Origin: Octopus bimaculoides
Lineage: Eukaryota
Assembly: GCF_001194135.2 (NCBI RefSeq)
Contig: NC_068986.1
Span: forward strand, 66,444,741-66,508,665
Length of the DNA: 63,925 nucleotides
Direction: 5' to 3'
Both the position numbers and the translations under genes were made by a program. The stretch's first letter is position 1, and the number at the start of each line of letters is the position of its first letter. The notes under the pieces were generated by a model. That model made no database searches. It was not told the DNA's origin and saw only the letters and a program-made list of their open reading frames with translations. This document shows, piece after piece, positions 23,101 through 37,850 of this stretch.

Positions 23101-25729
23101 CACTAACTTAGAATGACTCCAGTCTCATCAAGCAAGATCATGAAGCTTCTGAGATTGGTGAAAGGAAAATGAGGAAGTTATCTTCAAATGGAAGACTTAT
23201 ACTTGCAACAGAGTGAACTATGAAAAAAGTACCCAAGTACCAAGTGATGATGTTAAACTAGGGTGATAGATTAAATCTATCACCCAAAAAGAACAGCATG
23301 CAAAGAGCTGGAATGAATGCTTCAAGGCATCTTGTCCAATGCTCTCATAATCCTGACAATCTACTCGTTTCCCTTGATAGGAACTTTATTTTATCCACCC
23401 TAAAAGGATAAAAGGCAAAATTAATTCTGGAAAAATTTGAACTCAAAATTTTGAGAACCAGAGTAAATACCACACTAACAGCTCTGCCAAATAGCTACTT
23501 ATTTTTCAATTGAATTTCTTTTTTCTCTGACAAAGGGGAAATGCCAAAATGTCATATTCCACTTCTCTATATAACAGTATAGAAATTCATACAAAGTCAT
23601 GAATTTCATTGTATAACCATTGCCAACACCAACCATCACTAATTTTCTCATATTTTGCGTTTTATTATGCATGCATAATGAAATGTAGGTGCTGGTATAG
23701 CTGTGTGGTAAGAAGCTTGCTCCCCAACCTCATGGTTCTGTGTTCAGTCCCACTGCATTGCATCTTCGGCAAGTGTCTTCTGCTATAATATGAAGCCAAC
23801 CAAAGCATTGTGAGCACATTTGGTTGACAGAAACTGAAAGAAGCTTGCTGTATATGTGTATATATGTATATATGTGTGAGTGTGTGTATGTTTGCATTTC
23901 CTTGTCTTGACATCGCATGATAGATGTAAATGATAGTCACTATCATACAAGCAGTGTCATTCATTTCCAATATTCTGCAAGAACATGTCTGGCCATGGAG
24001 AAATATAATCTTGTTTGGAAACAGGTAAGGGTTGGCAACAGGAAGGGCATCTAGCCATAGAAGACCTACTTCAATAAACTCTGTCCAGCCTCTACAAGCA
24101 TGGAAAAATGAATGTTAAAATGATGATGATGATGATGAATAAATGGGTACATGTGAGACATAAGTGCAGTCAGGGGCCTGCAATCATCCTGGAAAACTGC
24201 CTTGAAAGAGTTAGTTAAACAAATCAACCCCAGTACAAGTCTGGTACTTATTCAATTGATCTCTTATGCTGGACTGCTAAGTTACAGGAACATAAACAAA
24301 CCAACATATTTGTCAAGAGGCAGTGGTGGGGAACACACAGGCATACATGCGCGCACACACACATACACATGAAGGGCTTCCTTACAGTTTCTATCTATTA
24401 TATTCACTCACAACACATTGTTTATTCTGGGGCTATTGTAGAAGACACTTGCTCAGTTGGCCTGAACCCAAAACTTCATGGTTGCAAAGTGAGCTTCTTT
24501 GTCAATAGTCTTTCTCTTTTATCATCTTGAGTTTCTCTTCCTCTTCAGTGATTCCCAATATGACATCGATAGAGTGAAAACTTTCTCTCTTGTGTTACTT
24601 CTTCCCTTTGAGAACTTTGATGAAAGCAATGTTGTTTTGCACTTCATATTAGTAAAGCTTTCAATTGTTTCTGGGAAGAGAACCTTCTAGCTAAGCTGCT
24701 TGTTTATTTTTTACATCCATCTCTCAGTTCTCGGAATGTAAGCCACAGCATGTACCAACAGAGCTTTCTTTGATTTCTGTCAACTCTGGCACACACTAAG
24801 GTTCAATAATGTCTCCCATATTCTTTTTACTATATATCAATGACCCAGTTGCTGTCACCGACTTTCTGTTACCTTTAATGCAGATGGTACCAAGTTTCAT
24901 CTCTCTTTCACCTTCCACACACAAATAACATCAATATGCAACTGAAAGACCTCACTCCAGACACGTATTGAATCCATGATCGTGGCTGTGTGGTAAGAAG
25001 CTTCCCAACCTCACGGTTTTGAGTTCAGTTCCACTGTGTGGAACCTTGGGCAAGTGTCTTCTACTATACCCTCAGGTTGACCAAAGCTTTATGAGAGGAT
25101 TTAGTAGATGGAAACTGAAAGAAGACCATTATATACATATACATACACACACACACACACACGCACGTGTGTGTCCTCACCACTGCTTGATAACTGGTAC
25201 TGGTGAGTTGTAGCTTAGCAGTTCTGCAAAAGAAACTGATAAAATAAGTACCAGGCTTAAAAAAAAAAAAATAAGTACAGGTGTTGATTCATTCAACTAA
25301 AAATTCTTCAAGTGCTCCTGTATGGTTACAGTCTCATGACTGAAATGCATAAAAGATAAAATTTGTTGCTTCTAATAGTACATAGATACAATCATCACAC
25401 ATGTTACAGAACCTGTTTGGTGTTTCATTCCCTAGTTATACTGATAAAAATGCAAATGAAACCCCCAGACTCATTACATATGCTAGACCTCACAATCTGA
25501 TAATCTCTCAGGGTGACCTTCATGTATATAAAAAGCTGCATCTAAAGACAGAATTCTTCTTTAGAGCCAGAAAATACTTAAGCTCTGATTAATTTCTAGC
25601 CCACCATAGGGAACTCAAAGTATGCACAAACTGGAACACTGCTAACATTTGTGGGTCAGTGCTGTTGCTATACATACTAACATTCTAGATCATTTCCAAA
25701 AGAAGGTTATATGATTGAAACAAATCAGC

Positions 25730-26492
25730 ATTGTCTTGACATCGGACTTCATTTGATGTGCCTTTATGGGGCGTGGTGACTTTGAAAGCTTGATTGCTGC
25801 TTTGTTTCAAGGTCGTGGTCATAACACCAGCTCTCATCATTAGTGATGATCTTCAAAAAAAGATCTGGATCAACTTCCAACTGTTTTTTCAGTTCACAAC
25901 AGGCATTCAGTGATGACTGCTTTTGATCTGTGAGCAAGTGAGGCACAAATTTTGCTGCAACTCTTTCCATTCATAATTCCTTGCTCAAAATTCGTTGACA
26001 GGAGCTCCAGAACATATCAGTCATATAAGCAAGTTTATCAATTGTTCAGCAATGGTCTTCTAAGATCTGTTTGTGAATTTTCATGATGTTCCCATTCATT
26101 CAGTAGACTGTCGGTCACCCTGAATGAGGTTGGTCTTCAAGCAACAAGTGACTGTTCCTAAAATGTGAAAACCACTTGTAAACTTGTGTTTTACTCATGG
26201 CAGTGTCCGTGAAAGCTGTTTGAAGCATGACAACTGTTTTCCCCAGCAGAAAACAGAAATTCACAGAAACACGCTGTTCTTTTGTTTCAGCCATAGCAAA
26301 AATTGACAAACAGGGGAGAAGCGCCGTAAAGCAAAGACACACTGTGTGGCAGTACAACTTTACTCACCATCACCGGTTGGCAGACTGATGCCTGAGGATC
26401 ATATCAAGTGGCTTCTAGCGGTGGAATCCTGAACTGCAATCAGCTTGCCTTGCAGAGAATGTTTCCAATTACTTTTGGGTACCACCCTTGTA
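25730..26492 (-). pseudogene. Mariner transposase remnant with 5' TIR
   Basis: EQRVSVNFCFLLGKT...MSKTQVYKWFSHF, and RVAAKFVPHLLT...IITNDESWCYDHDLETKQQS (WVPHEL-like linker and first catalytic D). Terminus TA|CAAGGGTGGTACCCAAAAG. Confidence 0.9.
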
Positions 26493-26703
26493 TATGTTTA
26501 TCTACATACTGAATTACAAATTATGTAATTTTATATAATGCCTGATACAGTTGGTTATATAGGTAAGAGTGAGTTATCTAATACACATATCAATGAAAAC
26601 TGCTTTACTATTCACTGAATTTTGCCATACTTGATGTTACTGTATATTTTTATGAGTATTTATGGGATTTGGCCATCCACACCAGTGTGAAAGCATGGTA
26701 CAC

Positions 26704-26803
26704 TATTATCTAAACATATTTATTTTATATTATATATCAGTATTATCTAAACATATTTATTATATATCATATATCAGTATTATCTAAACATATTTATTTT
26801 ATA
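26704..26803. repeat. Tandem repeat, ~37-bp unit x ~3
   Basis: tattatctaaacatatttatt... occurs three times. Confidence 0.85.
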
Positions 26804-27229
26804 AAATTATATCGAAAGAATACCATATTGTAATGTCTAACATAATCTTATCAATATCTACAATGCAACATTAGTAATGAGTACGGTAAGAGGACTAATT
26901 TACTTCAAATATGCAGAGTATGTAAGAGATCTCTAACATACAGATAACAAAGAGGACTTAATAGGAAAAATGGATAAGTGAGGGTTTTATGTCAGTAGAA
27001 CTAACATATTTGTAAATGGAAGGGTGAATTTATATATGGGAATGAGATAATTACTTCAGATAAGTTGGCATGATAATTATATAATCAAAATACATCTGAA
27101 AGTTTACATTTAACTCTTTATAAAAAAATGGTTGAACTACTGTTTCTCTTTCTTTTCTGCAGAATGCTTTAATATCTCTGCTCACCATTTTATGATTTTA
27201 TTCATGTTTAGCACCAGGCCATCCTTGAC

Positions 27230-27450
27230 TGAACAGTCATTAAGACATTAAGAGGCATTGCAGTCATGGTCATCACATCATCCTTCTATCAGGCATTGCA
27301 TAACAGAGCATCCATGACTTTCGGAAACATTTTTTCACTCTCAGAATTGCTGAAACATGGAATAAACTACCCACATCAGTTGTTAGCTACCGGGACACTA
27401 CATCCTTCAAAACTTCCATGCTTCCCAAAATTTACCAATAGTACACCCGA
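27230..27450 (+). mobile_element. CR1-like LINE 3' end
   Basis: FRKHFFTLRIAETWNKLPTSVVS...SFKTSML, the classical FF..R....WN.LP motif. Confidence 0.8.
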
Positions 27451-27919
27451 TGCCCTCCTCCCACCTTTTTGCTTTAAAGACTTATTCACTGTTCACCTCC
27501 TGTGCATATTCTATGTACTGCTCATGCAGTTTTGGTTACTTTTCCTGCACCTGAGAACTGTATACAATAACTTCATTATATTATATTATATAATGTACCT
27601 CTCCCTTTTTAAGAAAGTAAAGGCTAATTTGAAGGAGAATTATCTGTTATATCTAGCAAACTAAATGATATATTTATCTGAGAGGTGAATGCTACAGAGC
27701 CAGAAGTAATCTCTGAAAGAGCCTGAGTCCTAAAGCTGATGTCAATTCACTTATATGTCTTATCATTGCAATCACGGTCAAACATTACTGACAAAGTCTC
27801 TCCACAATTCATGATTTTCCATTGCTCATGGCAACTGCTCCTCACTGAGGTTTGTATTATTTAATGCCCTTGTAAAAGAATGATATGAACTTCAAACAAT
27901 CCCATTCATCTCTCTCAGC

Positions 27920-28250
27920 CCAGTGCTTAGAGTGTTAGGCTCACAATCAAGAGGTAGCGAGTTCAATTCATGGACTGGGCTCTGTATTGTTTTCTTGTGT
28001 AAGACACTTTATTTCATGTTGCTCCAGTTCACTCAGCTGTAAAAATAAATTGCAACATCATTGGTGCCAAGCTGCACCAGCCTTTGCCTTTCCCTTAGAT
28101 AACACTGGTGGTGTGGGGAGGGGAGGCTGGTATGCATGGGCGACTGCTGGTCTTGCATAGACAACCTTGCCTGGATTTGTACCTTGGAGGAGAACTTTCA
28201 AGGTGCAATTCTATGGTCATTCATGGCCAAAGGGAGTCTTTACCCTTTAC
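27920..28250 (+). mobile_element. SINE family D
   Basis: Same sequence as 43110-43440 and 51165-51470. Confidence 0.85.
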
Positions 28251-28849
28251 CCTGCTCCTAAGCAAGTAGTTATATATATTATTTATCTGTAACTAGTGAG
28301 ATAAACAGTAATTCCTAGAATTTTTATAATCATCTATAACTATCAAAAGCCAAACTAATTTATTAAAAATGGCTGTGATTAAGATGTCCATTTTGCAACC
28401 ATATTGTTTTAGGTTCAGTCCCATTGAGTAACATGTTGGGCAAGTGTCTTCTACTGTAGCCTCAGACTGGAGTGAAATTACTAAATGAAAACTACCTGTC
28501 ATATGTATGATTTTTCTTTGAATTTACTTAAGTTCTTTTTAAGAGAGTTCAAGTTGGTTGCTAACAGAGTGACAAGACTTTTTCAGTTAAGAGAGTTCCT
28601 GGTGTTTGTAATAATGTGGTTGAGCTGGTGTGTTAGTTGAACTATTAGTTGAACTATTAGTTGAACTATTGATGCATGCACTCTGTATTTGTCTATGTTG
28701 CTCATATACATGTCACTGGCCACTACAAGTTATTTCTCTAAGCTCACTTTTGTTTTTATATACAGCAGTCAGTTGAAGAAAGAATCAATGGGGGAAGAAA
28801 ATGTCTAACCTATGAGGACAACTTGCTTCAGGATAGTGGAATGGCAATC

Positions 28850-29220
28850 ATCATCATCATCATCATCGTTTAATGTCCGCTTTCCATGTTAGCATGGGTT
28901 GGACGATTCGACTGAAGACTGGTGATCCAGATGGCTACACCAGGCTCCAATCTGATTTGGCAGAGCTTCTACAGCTGAATGCCCTTCCTAACGCCAACCA
29001 CTTCGAGAGTGTAGTGGGGGCTTTTACGTGCCGCCGGCACAAAGGCCAGTCAGTCGGTACTGGCAACGGCCACGCTCAAAATGGTGTATTTTACATGCCA
29101 CCTGCACAGGAGCCAGTCCAGCGGCACTGGCAACGATCTCACTCGAATGAATCTTCACGTGCCAGGAATGCAAAGCTGCGGCACAAGTGCCAGGAAGGCG
29201 ACGCTGGTAACGATCACACT
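28850..29220 (-). mobile_element. RTE LINE 3' UTR fragment
   Basis: (CAT)n-cgtttaatgtccgctttccatg... family end. Other copies at 33690, 39210, 41000, 52165, 52745, 53520, 55250, 57030 and 62540. Confidence 0.9.
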
Positions 29221-32200
29221 TGAAAGGTGGTGCCATCACAATTTCGCTTTCAAATGTTGACAAATTAAGAACATGCATGGGGGACCATGGTGGATGGTGT
29301 GCTTGCATGAAATCATTAAAGCATCGGGAGGACAACCAAACTCAACTAACTTGTTGAAGCACGGAATAAACTAACCACATTAATTGTTAGGTGTCCCTGA
29401 CACCATATTCTTAAAAAATTCCCTGCTTTCCAAAATTTGCCAATGCTACTCTGATGTGCCTATGCACCCTTTCATCTTTGTGACTCTTAGGCTCTTTTAC
29501 TGTTTAGTGTTCTGTCTCTTTGTGTTTTTAATCCTTCGCACTATGCATGCGTTTTAGGCTATCATTGCTGTCTTTCTTTACTTGACTTATTGCTGCTTTC
29601 TGTTCTCTCTTTTGCTTGAACACTGTATATAATAAAATCACCACCACCATATCGCTGATGATAATGATGATGATGATGATGGAGGTGGTGGTATCATGGG
29701 TTGGATGGTTTGACAGAGATTCAGTGAGTCAAGGACTGCATTGTAACCAGTGTCTGCTTTGGCATGGTCTTTATGGCTGGATGGCCCTTCCTAACACCAA
29801 CCATTTTACAGTGTGTATGTATATATACAGACACCAAAACATTTACATACAGATTTTGATGATTGCCATCGTTTTAATGCACACTTTTACTTGCCTGCTT
29901 TGCATGGATCGTACAGAATTCCTTGAGGTTGAATTGGCAGGATGTCCTTCCTGTTGTCAAGTAAAATTCTATTTCCAAACGGCAAGGAATGTCCTCATGA
30001 AATGTTGGAAATAAGGGATGCTGCTTGTATGACAGTGACACTTGTGCACAGCTATTGTGCAATAAAGAGAGAGAGAGAGAGAGAGGGAGAGAGATGGCTT
30101 CTTTCAGTTTTTGTCCACTAAATCCACTTGCAAGACTTTGGTCTGCCTTAACCTATAGCAAATGATACTAGTCCAAAGTGCTGTGTAGGGTGGTGGTGGT
30201 GGTGGTGGGGGGTTTGAATTTGAAAGCCTGTAGTTGGGAGGCCATGCATGCACCTATGCTAACAACAACAGCAACAATAATAACAATAATAATAATCCTT
30301 TCTACTACAGGCACAAGGTATGAAATTTTGGGGGTTGGGATTAGTTGATTACACCGACCCCAGTGCTTGCTGGGTACTTTATTTTATTGATCCTAAAAGG
30401 ATGATAGTCAAAGTTGACTTTGCAAGATTTGAACTGAGCATATAAAGAGCTAGAACAAACACTACAAAGCCTTATTTCTGAGGCCCTAATGATTCTGCTA
30501 ATCCAACAGAATGAAATGATGATGAGACAACAGAACAGTGACGATGACAGCTAAATAGTGATAATCTAATTCTTTGTCAATGATGAACATATTGAAGAAC
30601 AGAATTAGAAAAGAAATTCTCAAAATGGGAGTGAAGCCTGGAATCAAGAGATTTTAAAGAAAACCCTGCAAAGACAAGGTTTTAGCTTATAAAAAAGAAG
30701 TGGCCATTGTTGACATGCAGAAAAATGAATATGTACGCATTCTATTTAGTGTACCCAATGTAAACTATAGTTGCACAAAAGGTGCAGTGGGATTGAAGAC
30801 AGGATAACAAAGGAGAAGCATTTTGTATGTGGGAGATGCACAGAAGTAGTTAGCGCTAAGAACCCAATGAAATAAACTGCCTGGTAGTAAAACATGAGCA
30901 TTGATTGCAGATGTATGAAGGCTGGATAATAATGTCAGTGTGCATTAACACTAGAGCACAAATGAGTGAAGAGAAAATGCTGAGTATGATTTAGATATTA
31001 TATGCCAGAGAAGAGATTGAGCTGGTATAGGCATGTCTTCTGTTGGGAGGATGACAATTGAATAAAAAAGTGTTAAGAGATCAAAGTGATAGGAAACTAT
31101 GCTGAAGTGATGAAAACTAATATCGATTTCAAATTTTGGTACAAGGCCTGAAATTTTGGGGGAGTGTGTAAGTCAATTGCTTTTACCCCAGTACTCAACT
31201 GGTACTTATTTTATCGACCCTGAAAAGATGAAAGGCAAAGTCAACTTTGGCGGAAATTGAACTCAGATTGTAAAGGTGGATGAAATGCCTCTAAGCATTT
31301 TGCCTGGTGTGCTTATGATTCTGCCTTCTTACTGCCTTTGTGATGAAAGCTAATATCAGGAAGCTGAATCTTGTGAAGGAAATGACAAAAAAACTGCAAC
31401 AAGCATTGAGACAATGCTGGATAAGACCCATCCAGTACATGCAAACATAGAAAAACAAGCATAAAATGATGATGGTGGTGGCAGCTGAGATGGTGATGAT
31501 GATGAAGGTGATCTTATATAAGTTGGAGAGTTTTGTAAATGTAAACCCTTATCATGAATTCCTAGAGGAAACAATCTTTATTGCAAAATATACTTCATAA
31601 CAAATGGTCGGTTAAGTAAGCAGACTAATGATTTTAAACCTTGTACAGGTTTGCTGCAAATGTTTTGCTTGCTTGTCAATTCTCCTTTGTTTGTGATATT
31701 TATTTCAAATTCATTTGACCTTTCCACGAGTTATTCTAATGTAAAAGACAGCAAGATTTCATGAATGACATGTTGAATTGTTCATCTTATATCAACATCA
31801 GAAATGAACTACAATCAGCTAATGCTGATGTCAGTCCAGATAATAATGATGGTAGTGATAGTCTTGATAATGGTTGTTTGATGATAGAGATAATGGTTGT
31901 TTGATGATAGAGATAATGATTGTTATTGTTTAGCAACAGCTCTAGTTAGCTCTGCTTGAGCAGACCTAATGTACGTCGATAATTGACTAACTTCTTATGG
32001 GCAACCTATATGTTTGCATCTCAAGCTTTGCAGACACAGCATGTCTCAGTCAAACTCTGTCATATGATCAACATCTTTAGGCATTTATTTTCACAGGTTT
32101 AGGATTTAAAACGTGGTGTCTCCATTTTAAAAATAATGTGGAGTATATTGGAGTAAAATTTATCAGGTAATTCTAGCAAGTTGAGGGATTATTAAAGAAG

Positions 32201-32399
32201 TTCCCTAGTTGGGTCACTAGTGAAAATAATGCTAAGGTTGAGGTAATAATAATTACTTGTTCTAATTAATCATCATTATTCAGACATTTATCTTCATCAT
32301 TCCTACAATGTAGTCTGTTGTGCAGACCTCAACTTACTCTATCGATTGATATTACCCACTAATTTTTCTGCATTTTTCTTTAGTTATTATTCAGGTAGT

Positions 32400-32740
32400 C
32401 TCTGGCATGATCTAGAGAACCGGTATAGGTATTCCATTGGTTATGATGACGAGGGTTCCTGTTGATCTGATCAACGGAACAGCCTCCTCATGAAATTAAC
32501 ATAGAAGTGGCTGAGCACTCCACAGAAATGTGTACTCTTAATGTAGTTCTCAAGGAGATTCAGTGTGACACAGGATTTGGCCCTTTGAAATACAGGCACT
32601 ACTCATTTTTGCCAGCTGAGTGATCTGGAGAAATGTGAAATAGAGTGACTTGCTCAAGGACACAAAACACAACCATGTAGCAAAATCATGACCATAAGAT
32701 CATGAGTCAAATACTCAAACCACTAAGTCACATGCCTTCA
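32400..32740 (-). mobile_element. SINE sharing the family D head
   Basis: ccagctgagtgatctggagaaatgtgaaatagagtgacttgctcaaggacac matches the family D 5' part, with a different 3' body. Confidence 0.65.
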
Positions 32741-33387
32741 CTGGGGTAGATAATGACTGGGTTATTTCACTTCACTTACTCGGCCTTACGCAGCCTTAAT
32801 ACAAAGCTTACTCACCCGTGATACACTTCTTAAAGCCAACTACTTTACAGAATGTATTGGATACTTTTTGTTACATGACATTGACACTAGTAAAGTCACC
32901 AAGTAACTTGCAAGATAAAGAAAAAGAAGCTACTTTAACTGAGGGAATTTGCTGTAGAGAAGGTGGGGGCTGTGGTTTTATCCCAGGTATTGCTAAAGTA
33001 TCACAGTGAGACAGACAGAGGTGACTTGCTGCAGAATAGATACATAACTATTTTGTATTATACAGGAGTGGGTAACAGTAGCTGGAAAGAAAATGAAGAT
33101 GAAGATGTTGGTGATGTGGTGTAAGAGTATATGCACAAGGTACAAGAAATTGAGAAGAGAGAATATGGACAGAGGATCAGGAAGGGTGGATGGATAAGTT
33201 CATAGGAGAGTGAGAAGAGAGTGACAGATGGTTAGAGATGGAGATAGAAATTAATGTAGAGAATGATGTACAAGGTGGTGGTGAATGTACAAGGTAATCA
33301 GTGGTAAATTCCAGTATGGGGTGTGGAGGGAAAGATAAAAGGAATAGCTCAATAAGTGACAGTACAGGAGGGATGGAGAGTAACAGT

Positions 33388-33515
33388 NNNNNNNNNNNNN
33401 NNNNNNNNNNNNNNNNNNNNNNNNNNNNNNNNNNNNNNNNNNNNNNNNNNNNNNNNNNNNNNNNNNNNNNNNNNNNNNNNNNNNNNNNNNNNNNNNNNNN
33501 NNNNNNNNNNNNNNN
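33388..33515. other. Assembly gap
   Basis: Run of N. Other gaps at 34634-35105, 45366-45689 and 53622-53817. Confidence 1.
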
Positions 33516-34601
33516 ATAAAAGGAATAGCTCAATAAGTGACAGTACAGGAGGGATGGAGAGTAACAGTATGATAAACCTGAAAATAAGGAGATAATGTGC
33601 TGGGTAGGAGTGAGAGATGTATAGAGACAGAGAGAGAGAGTGTGTGTGTGTGTGTGAAGAGGTAGATCTAGGAAGGTGTCAGACAAGGTGGTGAAATATC
33701 ATCTTTGGTTGTTGAGTCTCCCGGAGGCAATGAAAAGTGACCAAGACTTCTGGCAATTTGATGTGCTTGAGAAGACATGGCAAGCTAAGTGAAATTGTAG
33801 TCGTGGTCAGTGGTGGTAACACATAAAAGGCACCCAGTACACTTTGTAAAATGGCTGGTGCTAGGAAGGGTATCCAACTGAAAAAAAAAAACCAAGCCAA
33901 AACAGACAGGAGCCTGGTGCAGCTCTCTGGCTTACCAGGTCCTGTGAAGCCATTTAACCCATGCCAGCAAGGAAAACGGACGTATGATGATGATGGTGAT
34001 GATATATAGGTATGGCTGTGTGGTTAAAAGTTTGATTCCCAGCCACATGGTCTCAGGTTCAGTTCCACTTTATAGCACCATGGGTAAGTGTCTTAAGTGT
34101 CTACTACTATAAACTATAGATCTAGTAGATGGAAACTCAAAGAAGCCTATCATATATACATGTATATTTACCTATATGTATGTGTATGTGCGTCTTATTG
34201 TCTAGTTGCATTGACTTCATGTAATGGTTGTAAACAAATATCACCACCATGTAAGCGGCATCTTCCATGGAAAACATGTCTGGTCATGAGGAATATTACC
34301 TTAGTTGGAAACAGGAAGGACTTCTGGTCGTAGAAAATCTACTACAACAAATTCTGTCCAACCTATGCAAACATGGAAACATACATGCAACCTATGCAAA
34401 CATCCATAATATATGCACACATACATATATTTATACACACGCATATATATATATATAAACAGTGGCTCAGCAAAAGAGATCGATAGAATGAGTATCAGGC
34501 TTAAAAAAATAAGCACTGGGGTTGATAAGTTTGACTAAAATTCTTCAAGGTGGTGTCCCAGCATGGCTACAGTCTCGACTGAAACAGGTAAAAGATGTAC
34601 A

Positions 34602-34633
<32 letters not shown>

Positions 34634-36979
34634 NNNNNNNNNNNNNNNNNNNNNNNNNNNNNNNNNNNNNNNNNNNNNNNNNNNNNNNNNNNNNNNNNNN
34701 NNNNNNNNNNNNNNNNNNNNNNNNNNNNNNNNNNNNNNNNNNNNNNNNNNNNNNNNNNNNNNNNNNNNNNNNNNNNNNNNNNNNNNNNNNNNNNNNNNNN
34801 NNNNNNNNNNNNNNNNNNNNNNNNNNNNNNNNNNNNNNNNNNNNNNNNNNNNNNNNNNNNNNNNNNNNNNNNNNNNNNNNNNNNNNNNNNNNNNNNNNNN
34901 NNNNNNNNNNNNNNNNNNNNNNNNNNNNNNNNNNNNNNNNNNNNNNNNNNNNNNNNNNNNNNNNNNNNNNNNNNNNNNNNNNNNNNNNNNNNNNNNNNNN
35001 NNNNNNNNNNNNNNNNNNNNNNNNNNNNNNNNNNNNNNNNNNNNNNNNNNNNNNNNNNNNNNNNNNNNNNNNNNNNNNNNNNNNNNNNNNNNNNNNNNNN
35101 NNNNNATATATATATATATATATACGATGGGTTTCTTTCAGTTTACGTCTACCAAATCCACTCACAAGGCTTTGGTTGGCCCAAGGTTATAGTAGAAGTC
35201 ATTTGCCCAAAGTGCCACGCAGTGGAACTGAACCTGGAACCATGTGGTTTGTAAGCAAGCTACTTACCACACAGCTACTCCTATGCCTATGGTGAACTTC
35301 TTTCAGTTTCTGTCTATCAAATCCATTCACAAGGCTTTGGTTGGCCCGAGGCTATGGTAGAAGATACTTGCCAAAGGTGCCATGCAGTGGGACTGAACCT
35401 AGAACCATGTGGCTGGGAAGCAAGCTTCTTACCACATAGCTACTCCTGTGCCTATATATATTGATTTCTTCCTTACATACAAGAACATTATTAGGTGGAG
35501 AGGAATTCCGTCAACTGATCAGTGAAAGTGAATTACTGGTAAAAGAGAGAGAGAGAGGAGGGGGACAAAAATGTTGCGATGTTCAGGTGTAAGTAAAATA
35601 GCAATAAACTAGCATCATAACTAGGCCAGAGTTGACTAACCAAGGGCTTATATTCTACTCAATGGTGTTCACAGAATGAAACACAAATGGTATGGATTTT
35701 AGAAAGAGTATATAAAACTGTTGCAGGCAAGGCTGTGTAGTTAAGAAGTTCACTTCACAACATGGTTTTGGATTTGATTCCACTGAGTGGTTCTATACTC
35801 TATTTTAATCTTAAGCTGATCAATGGCTTGAGATTAAAATCTCAATGGCTTGAGAATTTAATCTCAATGTAAGTGTGTGTGTGTGTGTGTGTGTGGTGGT
35901 AGTGGTGGGGGTTGTGAGGGAAATTTGGTAAATGGAAAGTATATGGAAGCCTGTCGTGTGGCTGTGTAGTTAAGAGGCTTGCTTCCCAACCATGTGGTCT
36001 TGGGTTCAGTCCCACTGCAACACATTAGGCAAATGTCTTCTGCTATAGTCCTTGTCAACTTTGGTTGCCCTGTGAGTGGATTTAGTAAATGGAAACTGAA
36101 GGAAACCTGTTGTATGTGTGTTTGTGTCTACCTTGTCTAGACATTATGTGAAAATTGTAAATGAACAATATAATTTCTAGTCTTTGGGGAGGGGATAAGT
36201 TGATTATATTGATCCTAGTGTTCAGCTGATCCTCATTTAATGGATTCTGAAGAGATGAAAGGTAAAGTGAACCTCAGTGGAATTTGAATTTAGAATGTAA
36301 AGATGGATGAAATGCTACTAAGCATTTTGCGCAGTGTTATAACAATTCTGCAAACATGCCACCTTAACATGAAATTAAATATATTAGCTGAAAATAAAGT
36401 TTGGCATCAGGGAGGACATCTGGCTGCAGAATAATACCTCAAGAAGTCTCAATTAACTCATGTCAGTATGGAAGCATACACAAAAACAATAATGATGAAA
36501 TGGTAACATATAATTGTTTTTTAAATATTTTAGAATTTCATAAATGAGATTTTACGTATGTATAAAAATAAAAATAAACACTGTATAATTGATTTCATAC
36601 ATTGACTGACGGGCAACAGTTTACAGGGAAAGGGTATCGACTCATTGAATTCATTGCAGTGCATGACTTTGTAAATACTTCATCAATCCTGGTTGGTTGA
36701 AAGGCAAAGTTGACAGTAGCAATTAGTGGTGCTAGTGGGGGCGTCTTTTCCGTCAAGAGGGTAGGTAATGTCAATGACCTTTCACAGGACCTCTGAAATT
36801 AGTGCAAAGGATGGAGGGAAGGTATCCTCAAACCAAAGACCTTTCCTGAATGTTTGCAACAGAGTGGACTCCATTAAAGACACTGAAAGTACCAGGTAAT
36901 GGTGTTAAACTGGGTGAAAGATTAAGCCTACCACCCAGATTTGAATTCAGAATGGAGATGGATGAAATAAAAATTGGCA

Positions 36980-37400
36980 CCAGGCCAGCAATTTTAGGGG
37001 AGGGTTAAGTTGATTAAGTGCTTAACTGGTACTTATTTTATCGACTCAGAAAGGATGAAAGGCAAAGTCAACCTGGCAGAATTTGATCTCAGAACATGAA
37101 GACTGATGAAATGCCTCCAAGCATTTTCTCTGGCATACTAACAATTCTGCCAGTTCACCACCTTAAGATGAAATAAAATATTGGTTTCAAATTTTGGCAC
37201 AAAGCCAGCAAGTTTAGGGGAAGGAGTAAATTGATTCTATTGACTCCAGTGCTCCACTTGTACTTATTTAATTGGCCCTGAAAGGATGAAATGCAAAGTC
37301 GACCTCAGTGGAATTTGATCTCAGAACGTAAAGATGGCTGAAATGCCACTAAGCATTTTGTCAAGTATGTTAAGGATTAAGCCAACTTGCTGCCTTAAGA
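36980..37400 (-). mobile_element. Two tandem SINE family A copies
   Basis: Two consecutive gaaaggatgaaa(g/t)gcaaagtc...ctcagaac...aagcatttt units. Confidence 0.8.
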
Positions 37401-37429
37401 TTAAATAAAATATTGTAAGACACTTTGGT

Positions 37430-37850
37430 TTTTGTACCTATCCTCATTTATGTTCATGAATGTTTGGTAATGACTGAAAGAATATGGTCATGAATACAAG
37501 CGACCAAAGTAGGATTCCTCCGAAGGATCTCTGGAGTAATATTACTCAACAAAGTGTGTAGCTGAGGGATCAGTGAGTCTTTCCATGTCAAACTGTTACT
37601 CCTACACACTCGGAGACGTTACAGCTCTGGTACAGCAGACATGTGATTAGAATGTTGCAGAAAAGAATCATAAGACAGATTCTTCAATTAGGAGACCTAG
37701 GGTAGACAAAAAACGAAATGGTTGGATAATATGCATTTCTCAGTTGGTCACACTTGGGAATCCAGCTGGAAAGTCTAATGATGGTTGCTTCTGATAGGAT
37801 CCAATGGAGAAGGTGCCTGAGGACACCATACCCATGACTCTTCCAGGAAT
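37430..37850 (+). mobile_element. Old RTE LINE fragment
   Basis: ILIYVHECLVMTERIWS*IQATKVGFLRRISGVILLNKV...GRQKTKWLDN. Confidence 0.8.

Noticed and set aside
33177-35295. Long ORFs spanning N runs (also 45306-45812 and 53539-54072)
   Set aside because: Artefacts of translating through assembly gaps.
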